Part shown: piece by piece, positions 1 to 9,258 of the stretch
Layout of the letters: every line of letters begins with the position of its first letter
Position numbering within the stretch: position 1 is the stretch's first letter
The notes under the pieces: model-generated
What the model saw: the letters and a program-made list of their open reading frames with translations, nothing else
The model's database searches: none
What the model was told of the DNA's origin: nothing
Source: a virus
Taxonomy: Duplodnaviria > Caudoviricetes
Virus record (IMG/VR): IMGVR_UViG_3300031413_000603
Span: 1-64,000 of that record
Length of the DNA: 64,000 nt
Direction: 5' to 3' (one strand)
Program-made: the position numbers and the translations under genes

Positions 1-792
1 TTAAAAAAGTCCAGCAGGCTCTGCCTGTCGGTCCCAGTTGTAAATCACCAACTCCCCTCGCTCCACCCGATTCGCACCACCGCCCACGGTGTAGTCAAGC
101 TTCAACGCCTCCATGTCGTAGCCCTGAAAGCACTCCCTGATCGCAGGATGGTCGTTGATGCTGACCACAGCCTTGCCCTTGATGGCCTTGAGCTTCTTGG
201 CCATGAGCTCGTACTGGTCCCATTCGAACGGGACGCCGTAGCCCTCGGTCTCCCAATATGGCGGGTCTAGGTAGAACAAGCTGTGTGGCCGGTCATAGCG
301 GTCGATGCAGGATGTCCAGTCCAGCTGCTCAATATAAGTACCGCTGGCCAGGCGCAGATGTGCAGCCGACAGGTTCTCCTCGATCCGCAGGAGATTGATC
401 GCAGGCGCGGTGGTGGCAGTGCCAAAGGTCTGACCTGACACCTTGCCACCAAAGCTCTGCTGCTGCAGGTAAAAGAACCTGGCCGCCCGCTGGACATCGG
501 TCAACGTCTCGGGCCGGGTCTCCTGCAGCCATTTAAAGACCTGACGGCTGGTCAGTGCCCACTTGAACTGCCGGACAAACTCCTCTAGGTGGTGTGTGAC
601 CACCCGGTAGAGGTTAACCAGGTCGCCGTTGACGTCGTTCAGCACCTCGACGTCTGCCGGCGCCCGGGCAAAGAAGACGGCCGCGCCACCGGCAAAGACC
701 TCGACATAGCAGCTATGAGGGGGAAACCTGTTCAGCAGCAGGTCAACGAGACGGCGCTTGCCGCCGATCCAAGGAACGATTGGAGCAGTCAC
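1..792 (-). CDS. D12-class N6-adenine DNA methyltransferase (Dam-like), at the mom position
   Basis: WIGGKRRL, YVEVFAGGAAV (motif I) and FYLDPPY (motif IV). Confidence 0.93.
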   Translation of the reverse strand: MTAPIVPWIGGKRRLVDLLLNRFPPHSCYVEVFAGGAAVFFARAPADVEVLNDVNGDLVNLYRVVTHHLEEFVRQFKWALTSRQVFKWLQETRPETLTDVQRAARFFYLQQQSFGGKVSGQTFGTATTAPAINLLRIEENLSAAHLRLASGTYIEQLDWTSCIDRYDRPHSLFYLDPPYWETEGYGVPFEWDQYELMAKKLKAIKGKAVVSINDHPAIRECFQGYDMEALKLDYTVGGGANRVERGELVIYNWDRQAEPAGLF

Positions 793-958
793 TGGAGGAC
801 TCCCTATAAATAGACGCTCCTGGGCGTTCTGGTGTGGGACTCTCGGCCCTCAGTAAATTCAAGGTTCCGCAGCGTGGACACTTAATCGACAGAAGCAAGT
901 AGGTGCCCTCGGCTAATTTTCGGTGGCATTGGCCACATCTGATATCCAGCATTTGCAA
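743..958 (-). CDS. com: Com-family zinc-finger translational regulator
   Basis: IRCGQCHRKLA...IKCPRCGTLN two CxxC knuckles; overlaps the methylase start as Mu com overlaps mom. Start may be ATG 952. Confidence 0.88.
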   Translation of the reverse strand: MQMLDIRCGQCHRKLAEGTYLLLSIKCPRCGTLNLLRAESPTPERPGASIYRESSSDCSNRSLDRRQAPSR

Positions 959-961
959 GCC

Positions 962-1096
962 TTTAAACGTTTAAAAGTCTGTTAGGCTTATCCCCGCTCT
1001 CGCGAGAGTGGCGGGTCTTCGCCTAGCTTGCAGCTTGCTCTGCATGTTGGGGGCTTGGCCAAGTGTTAGCGCACTTGACCAGGTCGCCCGTCTTTT
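962..1096 (-). other. Structured intergenic leader upstream of com-dam
   Basis: Hairpins TGGTCAAGTG-CGCTAA-CACTTGGCCA, TGCAG-AGCAAG-CTGCA and CCCG/CTCT-CGCG-AGAG/CGGG; perfect palindrome TTTAAACGTTTAAA at 962-975. Confidence 0.55.
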
Positions 1097-1318
1097 TTAG
1101 ACCGTGCCGGTCACAACTGGCAGGTCTGGGGCGTTGCCCTGAATCACTCCCTCCTGGACAAAGTACTTCTTGCCCATCTCAGCCTGGCCACGGGCACGGA
1201 TGCGGCCGCCGCCTGGCAGCTCCAGGATCACAATCCCGTCATCCAGGCTCACGGCCTTGGCAATCTCCCTGCGCCCTGGGGCCAGGATCTCTTTGATTTG
1301 CGTATACAGGTTAGGCAT
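1097..1318 (-). CDS. Small phage tail-assembly protein (hypothetical)
   Basis: 73 aa, overlaps the upstream tail gene, last gene of the tail module. Confidence 0.7.
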   Translation of the reverse strand: MPNLYTQIKEILAPGRREIAKAVSLDDGIVILELPGGGRIRARGQAEMGKKYFVQEGVIQGNAPDLPVVTGTV

Positions 1319-3209
1319 GGCTGCGCACTCCTAGAGCTTGGGTCAGCACGGGGAATTGGGACTGCAGGTTGACCGAGTCCACTATTCCCAGGCGCCACAC
1401 GTTGTTGTCATCCAGATAGCGCAGGACCTTGCCCGGCACGATGAGTCCGGTCTGGGGCAGCACTGGCATGGTCAGCTGGTCAGTGATCAGCATCCCGGTG
1501 TCTGACAGCTCATGACTGGCGCGCTGCATGACCGCGTCAATGGAGGTCAGCAGCGGGTGGGTCACCATGGGCTTGAGCAGGTCGCCAGCTGTGCCCCGGA
1601 TGCTGTAGTCGCCAAAGTGGCCCTGGTTCTCGCCGCTGACGAAAACCCGGTTGTAGGCGGGCTTGTAGTTCCACTCGCTATCGACCACCTCAAACGCACC
1701 AGGCTGCAGCTCAAAATCAGGCGTGAGCTGGTCCCAATCCCACCAGGCCTTGGGCCAGGTCGGCAGCACGCGTAGCATTTTCTCGGTGTTGTGCGGCTGG
1801 ATGTAGCCACCCACGGCCGAGGCAATCTCGGCGACGGCGCTCATGGACGTGCCCTGGTGCATCCAGACGCCGGCAGGCACGATCCAATCGGTGAGCTGCC
1901 AATCGAGCTGCCAGCCCAGGCTTGCCCCGTTGTTGATCGTGAGCGCGTCCAACATGAGCTGCTGGGCCGAAGCCGCCATGGCATTGGTATAGGTTGTCTC
2001 GGGCGCATGAGGCGCGGCCAGCAGCGCCGACTTGCCCCGGCCCGAGATCTTGACCACGCGCTCTGGAAACGCATTGCGCCAGCCCTTTTTCTCGGACTGC
2101 AGGCGAAAGTGGGTGCCATTGACCCGCACATCGAGCTCGACTGGCTCTCCATTGGCGCCAGGCGTGACGGCGTCGCCCACCGAATGGTGGAACTCGGCGG
2201 AAAACGTCCAGGTCCACGAGCTGCGGTCCAGCTGCATATTGATGCCTTGGCACGGCAGCGGGTCGCCCGACAAGCTATCGGCCCGGCGCACCTCAATTTC
2301 ATTGAACATGATGTAAGTCCTAAGAGAAGGGACCACTACCAGCGCAGGAGGCAGCTCGGTGCCCTTTTGCAGGCAAACAAAAACCAGCTTGCCCGTTCCA
2401 TCCCTGGCCTCGGAAAACACCAGGCGCGCCACAGTGGCCGGGTCGTAGCAAAGCTCTTTTTCAGGCGGGGCGATCACCGGGGGCAGCGACACGCCCGAGC
2501 GCGGCCAGGTGGCCTCCTGCCAGCGCGCATCCAGGCGCCTGGCCACCAGCCGGCCATCACCGAAGCTGGTGCGTAACTCGGTGCGGGTCGGGATGGCCTG
2601 TTGCCACCTGGCATCCATCAGGGCGCTCAGGTGCAGCGTCTCCTGCCAGGCCGAGGCCAGGCGGGTACTGACTGGCACGGCCTCTTGCCAGTCGGTGGCC
2701 AGGCGCGACTCCAGCCGGATGGTCTCCTGCCAGGCCAAAGCCAGGCGGGTGCTGAGCGGCACGGCGTTCTGCCAGGTGGTGGCTAGCCGGGCCTGCAGAC
2801 GCTCGGTCTCCTGCCAGACAGCATCGACCCGGGTGGCCAGCGGGATTGCTTCCCGCCAGCTGGTGGCCAGGCGCGCAGCGTGCGCTTCGCTGACCTGCCA
2901 GGCCGTGGCCAGGCGGGCCTCGACGGGCACAGCTTCCTGCCAGGAGAGCTCCAGGCCTACCCGGGTGCCTCTAAAAACCCCCGAGTCATACTGCAGGCCC
3001 ACATCCCCTTCCATCGCTGGAAAGTCGCCGTCCACCGCCATGTCGTAGGCAATGACCAGGGTGGTGACACCATCCATCTCGGGAAAGTCGCCATCCACCC
3101 CCAGCTCAGCACCAGGCGCCGCGCTCGAATCGCCCTCATAGCCGAACACCAGCCGGCCGCTGCCGTCTGCAGGCGCGGTGAAGAGCAGTTTCCCCTCGAT
3201 ATCGGCCAC
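1311..3209 (-). CDS. Tail/baseplate hub-type virion protein with a 14-aa Trp repeat tract
   Basis: 632 aa in the tail operon; 11 x 14-aa units; C-terminal half resembles siphoviral tail-tip proteins. Confidence 0.75.
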   Translation of the reverse strand: MADIEGKLLFTAPADGSGRLVFGYEGDSSAAPGAELGVDGDFPEMDGVTTLVIAYDMAVDGDFPAMEGDVGLQYDSGVFRGTRVGLELSWQEAVPVEARLATAWQVSEAHAARLATSWREAIPLATRVDAVWQETERLQARLATTWQNAVPLSTRLALAWQETIRLESRLATDWQEAVPVSTRLASAWQETLHLSALMDARWQQAIPTRTELRTSFGDGRLVARRLDARWQEATWPRSGVSLPPVIAPPEKELCYDPATVARLVFSEARDGTGKLVFVCLQKGTELPPALVVVPSLRTYIMFNEIEVRRADSLSGDPLPCQGINMQLDRSSWTWTFSAEFHHSVGDAVTPGANGEPVELDVRVNGTHFRLQSEKKGWRNAFPERVVKISGRGKSALLAAPHAPETTYTNAMAASAQQLMLDALTINNGASLGWQLDWQLTDWIVPAGVWMHQGTSMSAVAEIASAVGGYIQPHNTEKMLRVLPTWPKAWWDWDQLTPDFELQPGAFEVVDSEWNYKPAYNRVFVSGENQGHFGDYSIRGTAGDLLKPMVTHPLLTSIDAVMQRASHELSDTGMLITDQLTMPVLPQTGLIVPGKVLRYLDDNNVWRLGIVDSVNLQSQFPVLTQALGVRSHA

Positions 3210-3214
3210 AGCGC

Positions 3215-3604
3215 CTACCGGATGATGGCCGGCGTCTTGAGCAGCACTACGCCGCCCTCATACACCATGCCGTTGGCTGCGCCCGAGAGCCGAAACGGGC
3301 CCGCGCCATCGGCGGCCGTCACCGCGCCGCCATTGATCTTGTTGCCGTTGCCGTCGCACCACTCGCCCCAGGTGGGGGTGCCGGTGATCAAGGCCAGGTC
3401 ATTGGCGGCCGAGGTCTGCAGGCTGATGTAGCCCTCGGCCGTCAACACGCCGCAGGGCTTGGCCAGCGTGCGCACCGCCATCAACGTGCCATTGCGCTCG
3501 CTGTACAGCTTGATGCTGGACGGATTGGGGCCCGTGTCGGCCAGCGTGATGCTGGCCTGATTGCGCGCCTTGCGGTGTTCCACTGTGATCTCAAAGGTGG
3601 CCAT
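3215..3604 (-). CDS. Phage tail-tip protein (hypothetical)
   Basis: 129 aa, tightly packed in the tail operon. Confidence 0.7.
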   Translation of the reverse strand: MATFEITVEHRKARNQASITLADTGPNPSSIKLYSERNGTLMAVRTLAKPCGVLTAEGYISLQTSAANDLALITGTPTWGEWCDGNGNKINGGAVTAADGAGPFRLSGAANGMVYEGGVVLLKTPAIIR

Positions 3605-3605
3605 C

Positions 3606-3998
3606 TCAAGCCTTTACTGCGACCACAGGGCCGCCAGCGGTGCATTTGTGTTCGCCCGTCAGGTCAATGGCGGTGACCTGGTAGGCCACTCCCACCTCCA
3701 GGCCGGTGGCGTGGTAGTACCCCAGCGCGTCGGAAAAGCCTTCCCAGGCCTTGTAGCCATCAGCCAGGCGCAGCGCCCAAACGCGGGCGCTGGCCATGGG
3801 CACCTCGGGCGCGCTGGGGCTGGTCTTGAGCATGACGCGGTCATTGATCACTCCCGTGGTGTCTCCGACCAGCCGAAAATCCTGGGCAAGACGCCCAGGT
3901 ATGGGTTGCTGGGCAAGCCCCGTGTATTTGGGGGCTGGCAGGCCTTGTATTGCACCTGGCAAAGGTAGCGGAGATGTAAGCAAGCTGAGGATAGCCAT
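3606..3998 (-). CDS. Tail-fibre-associated protein (hypothetical)
   Basis: ATG at 3998 in TGATG overlap with the tail fibre stop. Confidence 0.7.
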   Translation of the reverse strand: MAILSLLTSPLPLPGAIQGLPAPKYTGLAQQPIPGRLAQDFRLVGDTTGVINDRVMLKTSPSAPEVPMASARVWALRLADGYKAWEGFSDALGYYHATGLEVGVAYQVTAIDLTGEHKCTAGGPVVAVKA

Positions 3999-5197
3999 CA
4001 GCTTCTCCAATTGGGGCCAGTGATGTCCACCAGGTACCTGCCGGCTGATGAGCCACTGGTGCCGCCAGTACTTATCACCAGCAAGCGCTTCCCTGTCATC
4101 ACTCCGGACCCTTGAAGAATGTCCCCATCAGCTAGCACGCCTATCGCCCCAGACTGCGGAATGAAATAAACACCCGGGATGACCATGCGAGGCGGGGCTG
4201 CCGCGCTCCCTTGCTCCAGCCCAAACACACCGGCAGTCTTGATTTCCCCGTCGATGCTGCTGGGCAGAGCCCCCATAAAACTATCCGCACCGGAAAAAGA
4301 CGACCTTGTGCCAGAAAAAGGCCGGATGTCTATCAAGGCGGACGATCCCAAGCCAGAGAAACCTCGGGGACAAAAGGTTGCGCCCGACGCTATGCTGGAG
4401 GTTGAGCTGGCATCAAACGCCCCAGTGGCAAACGATCCATTAGAGCTGGAAGTTCCTGAGACCGAGAGCACGCAGCTCCATGCGTCGCCAGAAGGAGACC
4501 GAATAATCGGATCACCGAATCCTCGTGCTGGAGCAGCAGTGGGATCTCCAGAACTTGAGCCAACGTAGGGGCAAATTGCCAGATTGAAGAACTTACCATC
4601 GCCGGACATCTTCCAGCGTACTGCGGCTGCTCCAGCTGTTGTTGACTTATGCCAGTAGCCGCCCCCAGACATCTGGAAGGGCGTGGGAAAGGGCCCAGTG
4701 CCTGTATCCACATCCGCCATGGTTTCATAGCCAACCACCCGTGCAAACAGTGCATTGGTGTCGTCCACGCGCAGGAACATACGGGTGCCCGTAGGGTCAG
4801 CACTTCGGAAAACGCTCACGTTGGTCTTGGAGAGGACTTCTTCCCAGCCGCCCACCGGCGCATAGCGAACGGTGATGCTGCCCGCAATCGGGCCATTGGC
4901 CGCAGTTGTGGCCACGGTGATGCGGTCGCTTGCCGTGGTGAGCACGCGTTCTTCGCCATTGAAGCCGGAGGTGGTAGCCCCCGCGAGCAGCACCACAGCA
5001 TGCTCATCAAAGCTCTGGCCGCTGGGCAGCATGATGGTAGCGATGCCATCCAAAGCTGTGGCCGACACGGCTGCAGTTGGCGCAAAGCCGGTGATCAGGA
5101 AGGTGCGCAGCGCACCGATCAGCGAGCCGGCCACGCCGCTGATGACAGGGGCGCCGCGCATGCCGCTGTGCGCCCACTTGACTGGAATGTTTGCCAT
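3998..5197 (-). CDS. Tail fibre / receptor-binding protein
   Basis: N-terminus MANIPVKWAHSGMRGAPVISGVAGSLIGALRTFLITGF is typical of siphoviral fibre anchors; Gly/Ser-rich C-terminal half. Confidence 0.7.
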   Translation of the reverse strand: MANIPVKWAHSGMRGAPVISGVAGSLIGALRTFLITGFAPTAAVSATALDGIATIMLPSGQSFDEHAVVLLAGATTSGFNGEERVLTTASDRITVATTAANGPIAGSITVRYAPVGGWEEVLSKTNVSVFRSADPTGTRMFLRVDDTNALFARVVGYETMADVDTGTGPFPTPFQMSGGGYWHKSTTAGAAAVRWKMSGDGKFFNLAICPYVGSSSGDPTAAPARGFGDPIIRSPSGDAWSCVLSVSGTSSSNGSFATGAFDASSTSSIASGATFCPRGFSGLGSSALIDIRPFSGTRSSFSGADSFMGALPSSIDGEIKTAGVFGLEQGSAAAPPRMVIPGVYFIPQSGAIGVLADGDILQGSGVMTGKRLLVISTGGTSGSSAGRYLVDITGPNWRS

Positions 5198-5217
5198 GGT
5201 GTGATTTCCTCGAAGTC

Positions 5218-7137
5218 TTAAAGGGTGGATTCAGGCGCGCGGCCGACATCGCCGTACTGCACAAAAATGGAGTTGTCCTCGATGCCGGCTGGCGTGCCAG
5301 GCATCACGCAGCGCACACAGGCGATCTGCGCCTCTGCGCCCACGGTGTCGATAAAAACCGTGTTGTTGGGGATGAAGCCACCCGCGCCAAAGCCCAGCGC
5401 CTTGATGTGCACGTAAGGCGCGCCCGCTGCCCGGTTGAGGGGCTTGGCGTCGGTGTTGATGTTGAAGGTGCCGACCAGGCCGGACTTCTGGCCGTACATC
5501 TCATAGTTCTGGCTGTCCTTGAACCTGAGCGCCCAGCGCTGGCTGATGGCGCCCAGGTTGGTCACCTCGATGGCGTAAGCGTCGTGGTCATACTTTGCAG
5601 CTGCTGGCCCAATGGCTGGATCCAGGCCGTCGTACCAGGTCACCCCATCCCAGCTCTTTTGCGTGTAGACACGGGTCACCCGTGCATAGCGATCGCCCTG
5701 GCGCAGCGCGCTGCTGAATACCGCCCCTGCAGGGAAGGCATAGCCAATCGGCGTGGTGAAGTGCACCTCACCATTGATCAGCACCTTGGAGACCCGCAGA
5801 TAGACACTCACCCGGCCAATCACGCGCACCTGCGCGGGGTAGCCGGTCAAGTCGTTGAACGTGACGGTGCCGGCATCCAGGTCCGCCTCGAAGCCGGTGA
5901 AGATCTCCGCGCCATCCTCGCCCAGCACGTGGATATGGGACATGCGCTCATGGCCCAGGCTGTAGGTCATGCCAATGGTGGGCAAAAACGCCGTGCCACC
6001 ATACTCGGTGCCGATCCAGCCCGAATCGCCGCTGCGCACAAAAGGCACCAGGCCATCAGAGGGCAGCGCAGCCGGATCGAGGCCCGTCAGGTTGACATCG
6101 ACCGGCAGGTAGACATAGGTGACCGCGTTGTAGCGCAGCGTGGTCGGGTCGACGGGCCACGGCCGCCAGATCTTGCCCGCCTCGACCGCGCCGACGTCGC
6201 CCGCGCTGTACCACCACTCGGCCTTGTCCGCGTCTGTCAGCTCGGCGGCCAGGACGAAGTCGCCCGTCTGCAGGGCAACGCTGCCGCGTGCAAACACCAC
6301 CTTGCCGCGCATGTGCGGGCCGGTGATGTTGCCTTGGTTGTCGACGTTGGCGGTGAGCAGGTTGCCCTTGGTGTCGTTGACGGTCAGCACGAAGCCGCCA
6401 GGCCCGGCGCGCAGCGGCGCAGACTCGGTGTTGAAAAACAGGCTTGCCGTCGTCCACTGGCCCTTTTGCGTCCACAGCGATATCAGCTGGAAGTCGCCGG
6501 GCCCGGTGCCGCCCACCACGTAGTCGGTCATGAGGACAGTGCCGCCCGCGTAATCGATGTAGCCGCTGATGGTGCCCGGCTGGGTGTCGGTGCGCCCCCG
6601 GTAGATCACGCCCTCGAAGTCCACATAGGTGGTCGCCATCCAGCGGAACATGACCGAGCCGGCCACGATCCGGTCGGTGGTGAGCGGGCACAGGTCCAGC
6701 GTCACGGCGGGCATCACATAGCTCATGGTTTTGGACAGCGGCACGCCGGCGCCCGTGCGGTACCGCACCATGACCGAGGAGCTGGCCAGCATCTGCTCGC
6801 CCACCGAGGCGGTGCCGTAGGAGCCGCCCTTGCTGGAGTCCGAGCTGCTCGACCCTTCACCATCGGCCACCGTGCGCTCGAACTCGGCCGCGTCCTGGTG
6901 GTCGGACTTATAGCTCTCGGTCGACCTGGTGAAGTCCACCACCTTGATGTTGAGCTGCTTGCCGACATAGTTGACGTTGCCCAGGCCGGTCAGGAAATTG
7001 CCCAGCCCGTCGTCGGTAGCTTTGCTGATGGCCACGATGCGGCCGTCGTTGGTCGTGCCCGTCTCGGTCGAAAGCGTGGAGCTTTTCCCGGTGGTGGTCT
7101 TGACGGTGAACGGGAGTACTTTGGTTTGAATAGCCAT
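5218..7137 (-). CDS. Large virion tail structural protein, C-terminal part
   Basis: Gly/Thr-rich beta-type sequence; ATG at 7137 (MAIQTKVLP), 10 nt after the upstream stop. Confidence 0.72.
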   Translation of the reverse strand: MAIQTKVLPFTVKTTTGKSSTLSTETGTTNDGRIVAISKATDDGLGNFLTGLGNVNYVGKQLNIKVVDFTRSTESYKSDHQDAAEFERTVADGEGSSSSDSSKGGSYGTASVGEQMLASSSVMVRYRTGAGVPLSKTMSYVMPAVTLDLCPLTTDRIVAGSVMFRWMATTYVDFEGVIYRGRTDTQPGTISGYIDYAGGTVLMTDYVVGGTGPGDFQLISLWTQKGQWTTASLFFNTESAPLRAGPGGFVLTVNDTKGNLLTANVDNQGNITGPHMRGKVVFARGSVALQTGDFVLAAELTDADKAEWWYSAGDVGAVEAGKIWRPWPVDPTTLRYNAVTYVYLPVDVNLTGLDPAALPSDGLVPFVRSGDSGWIGTEYGGTAFLPTIGMTYSLGHERMSHIHVLGEDGAEIFTGFEADLDAGTVTFNDLTGYPAQVRVIGRVSVYLRVSKVLINGEVHFTTPIGYAFPAGAVFSSALRQGDRYARVTRVYTQKSWDGVTWYDGLDPAIGPAAAKYDHDAYAIEVTNLGAISQRWALRFKDSQNYEMYGQKSGLVGTFNINTDAKPLNRAAGAPYVHIKALGFGAGGFIPNNTVFIDTVGAEAQIACVRCVMPGTPAGIEDNSIFVQYGDVGRAPESTL

Positions 7138-7147
7138 GGTCGGTCGC

Positions 7148-8863
7148 TCAAGAAGACATGATCGGGATGTAGCCAGGCTTGTAGCCAATGGCTGGCGGCA
7201 GCACGGCGGCCGGCGCGGGCTCGTAATACTCGGGCACAGGCTTGTAGGTATAGGTGGCCGTGGTGTCCTTGTTGGCAGTGGTGGTCGTCAGGTTGCCGCC
7301 CGAGGTGTTGGACACCGCCCGCGCCGTCGCCCACTGCACCACCACCGACTTGGCAGTGGGCTGCTGGGTCAGCGTCATCGCAATGAAGCCGCCCGCGTCC
7401 GGCGAGAGGCCGGGGAAGTACTCGGTGATGGTGCCGTCGATCTCGTAGGTGATCTCCATCTCGGCGCCCGGGTCTGGCATGTACTTGGGGTGCACCACCA
7501 GCGTGCGGCTGGGGTAGTCCACCACGCCCGTCGCATCGCCCGTCAGCGCGCCGTTGCCGTCCTCGGCAAAGGTGCGGATCACGTTCTGGCTGGTGTAGCG
7601 CACAACGATGGTCCCTGGCTTGGCCTGGTCGGAGTCGTTGTCGGCGTCGAGCGTAATGACCAGCTCGGGCATACGCACATTGGCGCCCTGGCCCGAGCGG
7701 TCGGTATAGGCATCTTTGGTGCCCCAGGTGATGGCGATGCTGCTGCCGATATCGGGGATGGCGTTGGTGGTGAGGCTCAGGTCACCCGTCAGGTGGCTGA
7801 CAGCACCGCCGCCAGAGCCGGTGATACGGCCGGTGCCGTCATCCCGTGCCGTGTAGCGCTGGCCCAGCGTGAAGAAGTCGATAAAGGTCAGGCCGGGCTG
7901 CGGCAGCGGGAACAGGCGCTCGACAAAGTTCTTGCCCGCGTTGTTCTCGCCGATGACGATCTGCTTGGTGTGCGGCGTGATGCCCACTTCCACGCGCCGG
8001 GGCGACTCGGCCAGCACCACGGTGTAGCGCGAGCTGGGCCGCTGGTCGACCAGGTTGGACTCGGTCCGGTTGTTGGGCACCACCTGGGTGTAGATGGTCG
8101 GGAGCTTGACGAAGGTATCGTTGATCCCGCAGGGCAGCTCCAGCCGGCCGGCGCTGTAGAACACGCCCGCGTCGACAAAGGTGGTCTCCCGAAACAGCGT
8201 CTTGTTGGCGGCCCGCGTGAAGAAGATGTCAGGGGGCGAGCCGGGAAAGTCCAGCGTGAGCGGGTTCATCAGCTCGATCACCGACAGCTGCGCATCAAAC
8301 GTGGTGGCCTGGCCGTTGACGATCACCGTGTATTTGCGGATCTCGGTCTTGACCGCCTTGACCGTAATGCGCTGCCGGCGCTCGCTGGCCTTGCCCTCGT
8401 CGTAGATCAGCAGGAAGGTAAGGCCAATGCCAGGCGGCACCATCTCTGGCCGCTGGAAAATCGAGATTTGCCCCATGGTGGCAAAGTGGTCCTGCAGCAG
8501 GAAACCACCGAATTCGGGCCCGGCCGCACGCATGCGCTCAATGCGCGCTGCGATATCGCCGCGAGTGGCAAACGAGTCGCCCAGCGAAAGAATGGTGACT
8601 GCCACACGCGGGTCGTTGGGTGGGTTGGCCACGATGACGTTGGCGCCCTGCAGCATGGTGCGGTCCGCGTTACGCAGCACGCCGAAGATGCTGTAAATCT
8701 CCACACGGCCGTTGACCCGCGAGTCGAGCGGGATGTCCGGGAAGATCTCATTGGAGCGGCCGGAGGTCAGCAGCTTGGCCGAGGGCGGGCCGCCGCCTTC
8801 TTTGGCGTCAACCATGCGGGCCGACTGTGCGAAGCGAATGTCGCCGAAAAGCAGGGTCATCAC
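7148..8863 (-). CDS. Large virion tail structural protein, N-terminal part
   Basis: MTLLFGDIRFAQSARMVDAKEGGG...NEIFPDI N-terminus is typical of the tail protein following the distal-tail gene. Confidence 0.75.
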   Translation of the reverse strand: MMTLLFGDIRFAQSARMVDAKEGGGPPSAKLLTSGRSNEIFPDIPLDSRVNGRVEIYSIFGVLRNADRTMLQGANVIVANPPNDPRVAVTILSLGDSFATRGDIAARIERMRAAGPEFGGFLLQDHFATMGQISIFQRPEMVPPGIGLTFLLIYDEGKASERRQRITVKAVKTEIRKYTVIVNGQATTFDAQLSVIELMNPLTLDFPGSPPDIFFTRAANKTLFRETTFVDAGVFYSAGRLELPCGINDTFVKLPTIYTQVVPNNRTESNLVDQRPSSRYTVVLAESPRRVEVGITPHTKQIVIGENNAGKNFVERLFPLPQPGLTFIDFFTLGQRYTARDDGTGRITGSGGGAVSHLTGDLSLTTNAIPDIGSSIAITWGTKDAYTDRSGQGANVRMPELVITLDADNDSDQAKPGTIVVRYTSQNVIRTFAEDGNGALTGDATGVVDYPSRTLVVHPKYMPDPGAEMEITYEIDGTITEYFPGLSPDAGGFIAMTLTQQPTAKSVVVQWATARAVSNTSGGNLTTTTANKDTTATYTYKPVPEYYEPAPAAVLPPAIGYKPGYIPIMSS

Positions 8864-9258
8864 TTTTCCTTAAATCGAAAATTTGGGGTGTATTTGAGGT
8901 CCGAGGTGTGCTCGCCATCGACCAGCACCCAGATGGGCGAGGCCTCGAATGCAAGACCTCCCTCCTGGTTCCAGATCACCGTGCGCGCAGAGCCCCGGAT
9001 GAAAAGACTCAACTCGGCCAGCGGGTCGTCTGCCCAAGACTTAAGGAGGTCGCAGACACTGCGCTCGACCCAGGCCTTGCCCGCCTGGCCGTTGAGCGTG
9101 TAGGGGCGGCCCGCCAGGCGCTTGCCGACGTGCACATGCATGGCACCATTGGTCGCCGTCTTGATGGCCTTCTCGACCGGGCTCCACTGGTACTCATCGG
9201 TCCAGATGAGCCGGTCAGGCAGCTCTTGGACCACGCCCTGGTAAGTCAAAGTGATCAT
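8860..9258 (-). CDS. Distal tail-type protein
   Basis: 132 aa directly after the tape measure gene, overlapping both neighbours. Confidence 0.7.
   Translation of the reverse strand: MITLTYQGVVQELPDRLIWTDEYQWSPVEKAIKTATNGAMHVHVGKRLAGRPYTLNGQAGKAWVERSVCDLLKSWADDPLAELSLFIRGSARTVIWNQEGGLAFEASPIWVLVDGEHTSDLKYTPNFRFKEK

Noticed and set aside
958-1097. Fourth (Pmom-like) copy of the late-promoter dyad
   Set aside because: GGCCAGCA-NN-TGCTGGCC and the spaced ACAGT are not present upstream of com.
3215-5197. Invertible G-segment or DGR tail-fibre diversification
   Set aside because: No invertase, inverted fibre cassette, reverse transcriptase or template/variable repeat pair seen.
5191-9103. Long + strand ORFs (656 aa, 655 aa) opposite the tail genes
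   Set aside because: Antisense shadows of GC-rich coding sequence; no motifs, while the - strand genes form a coupled operon.
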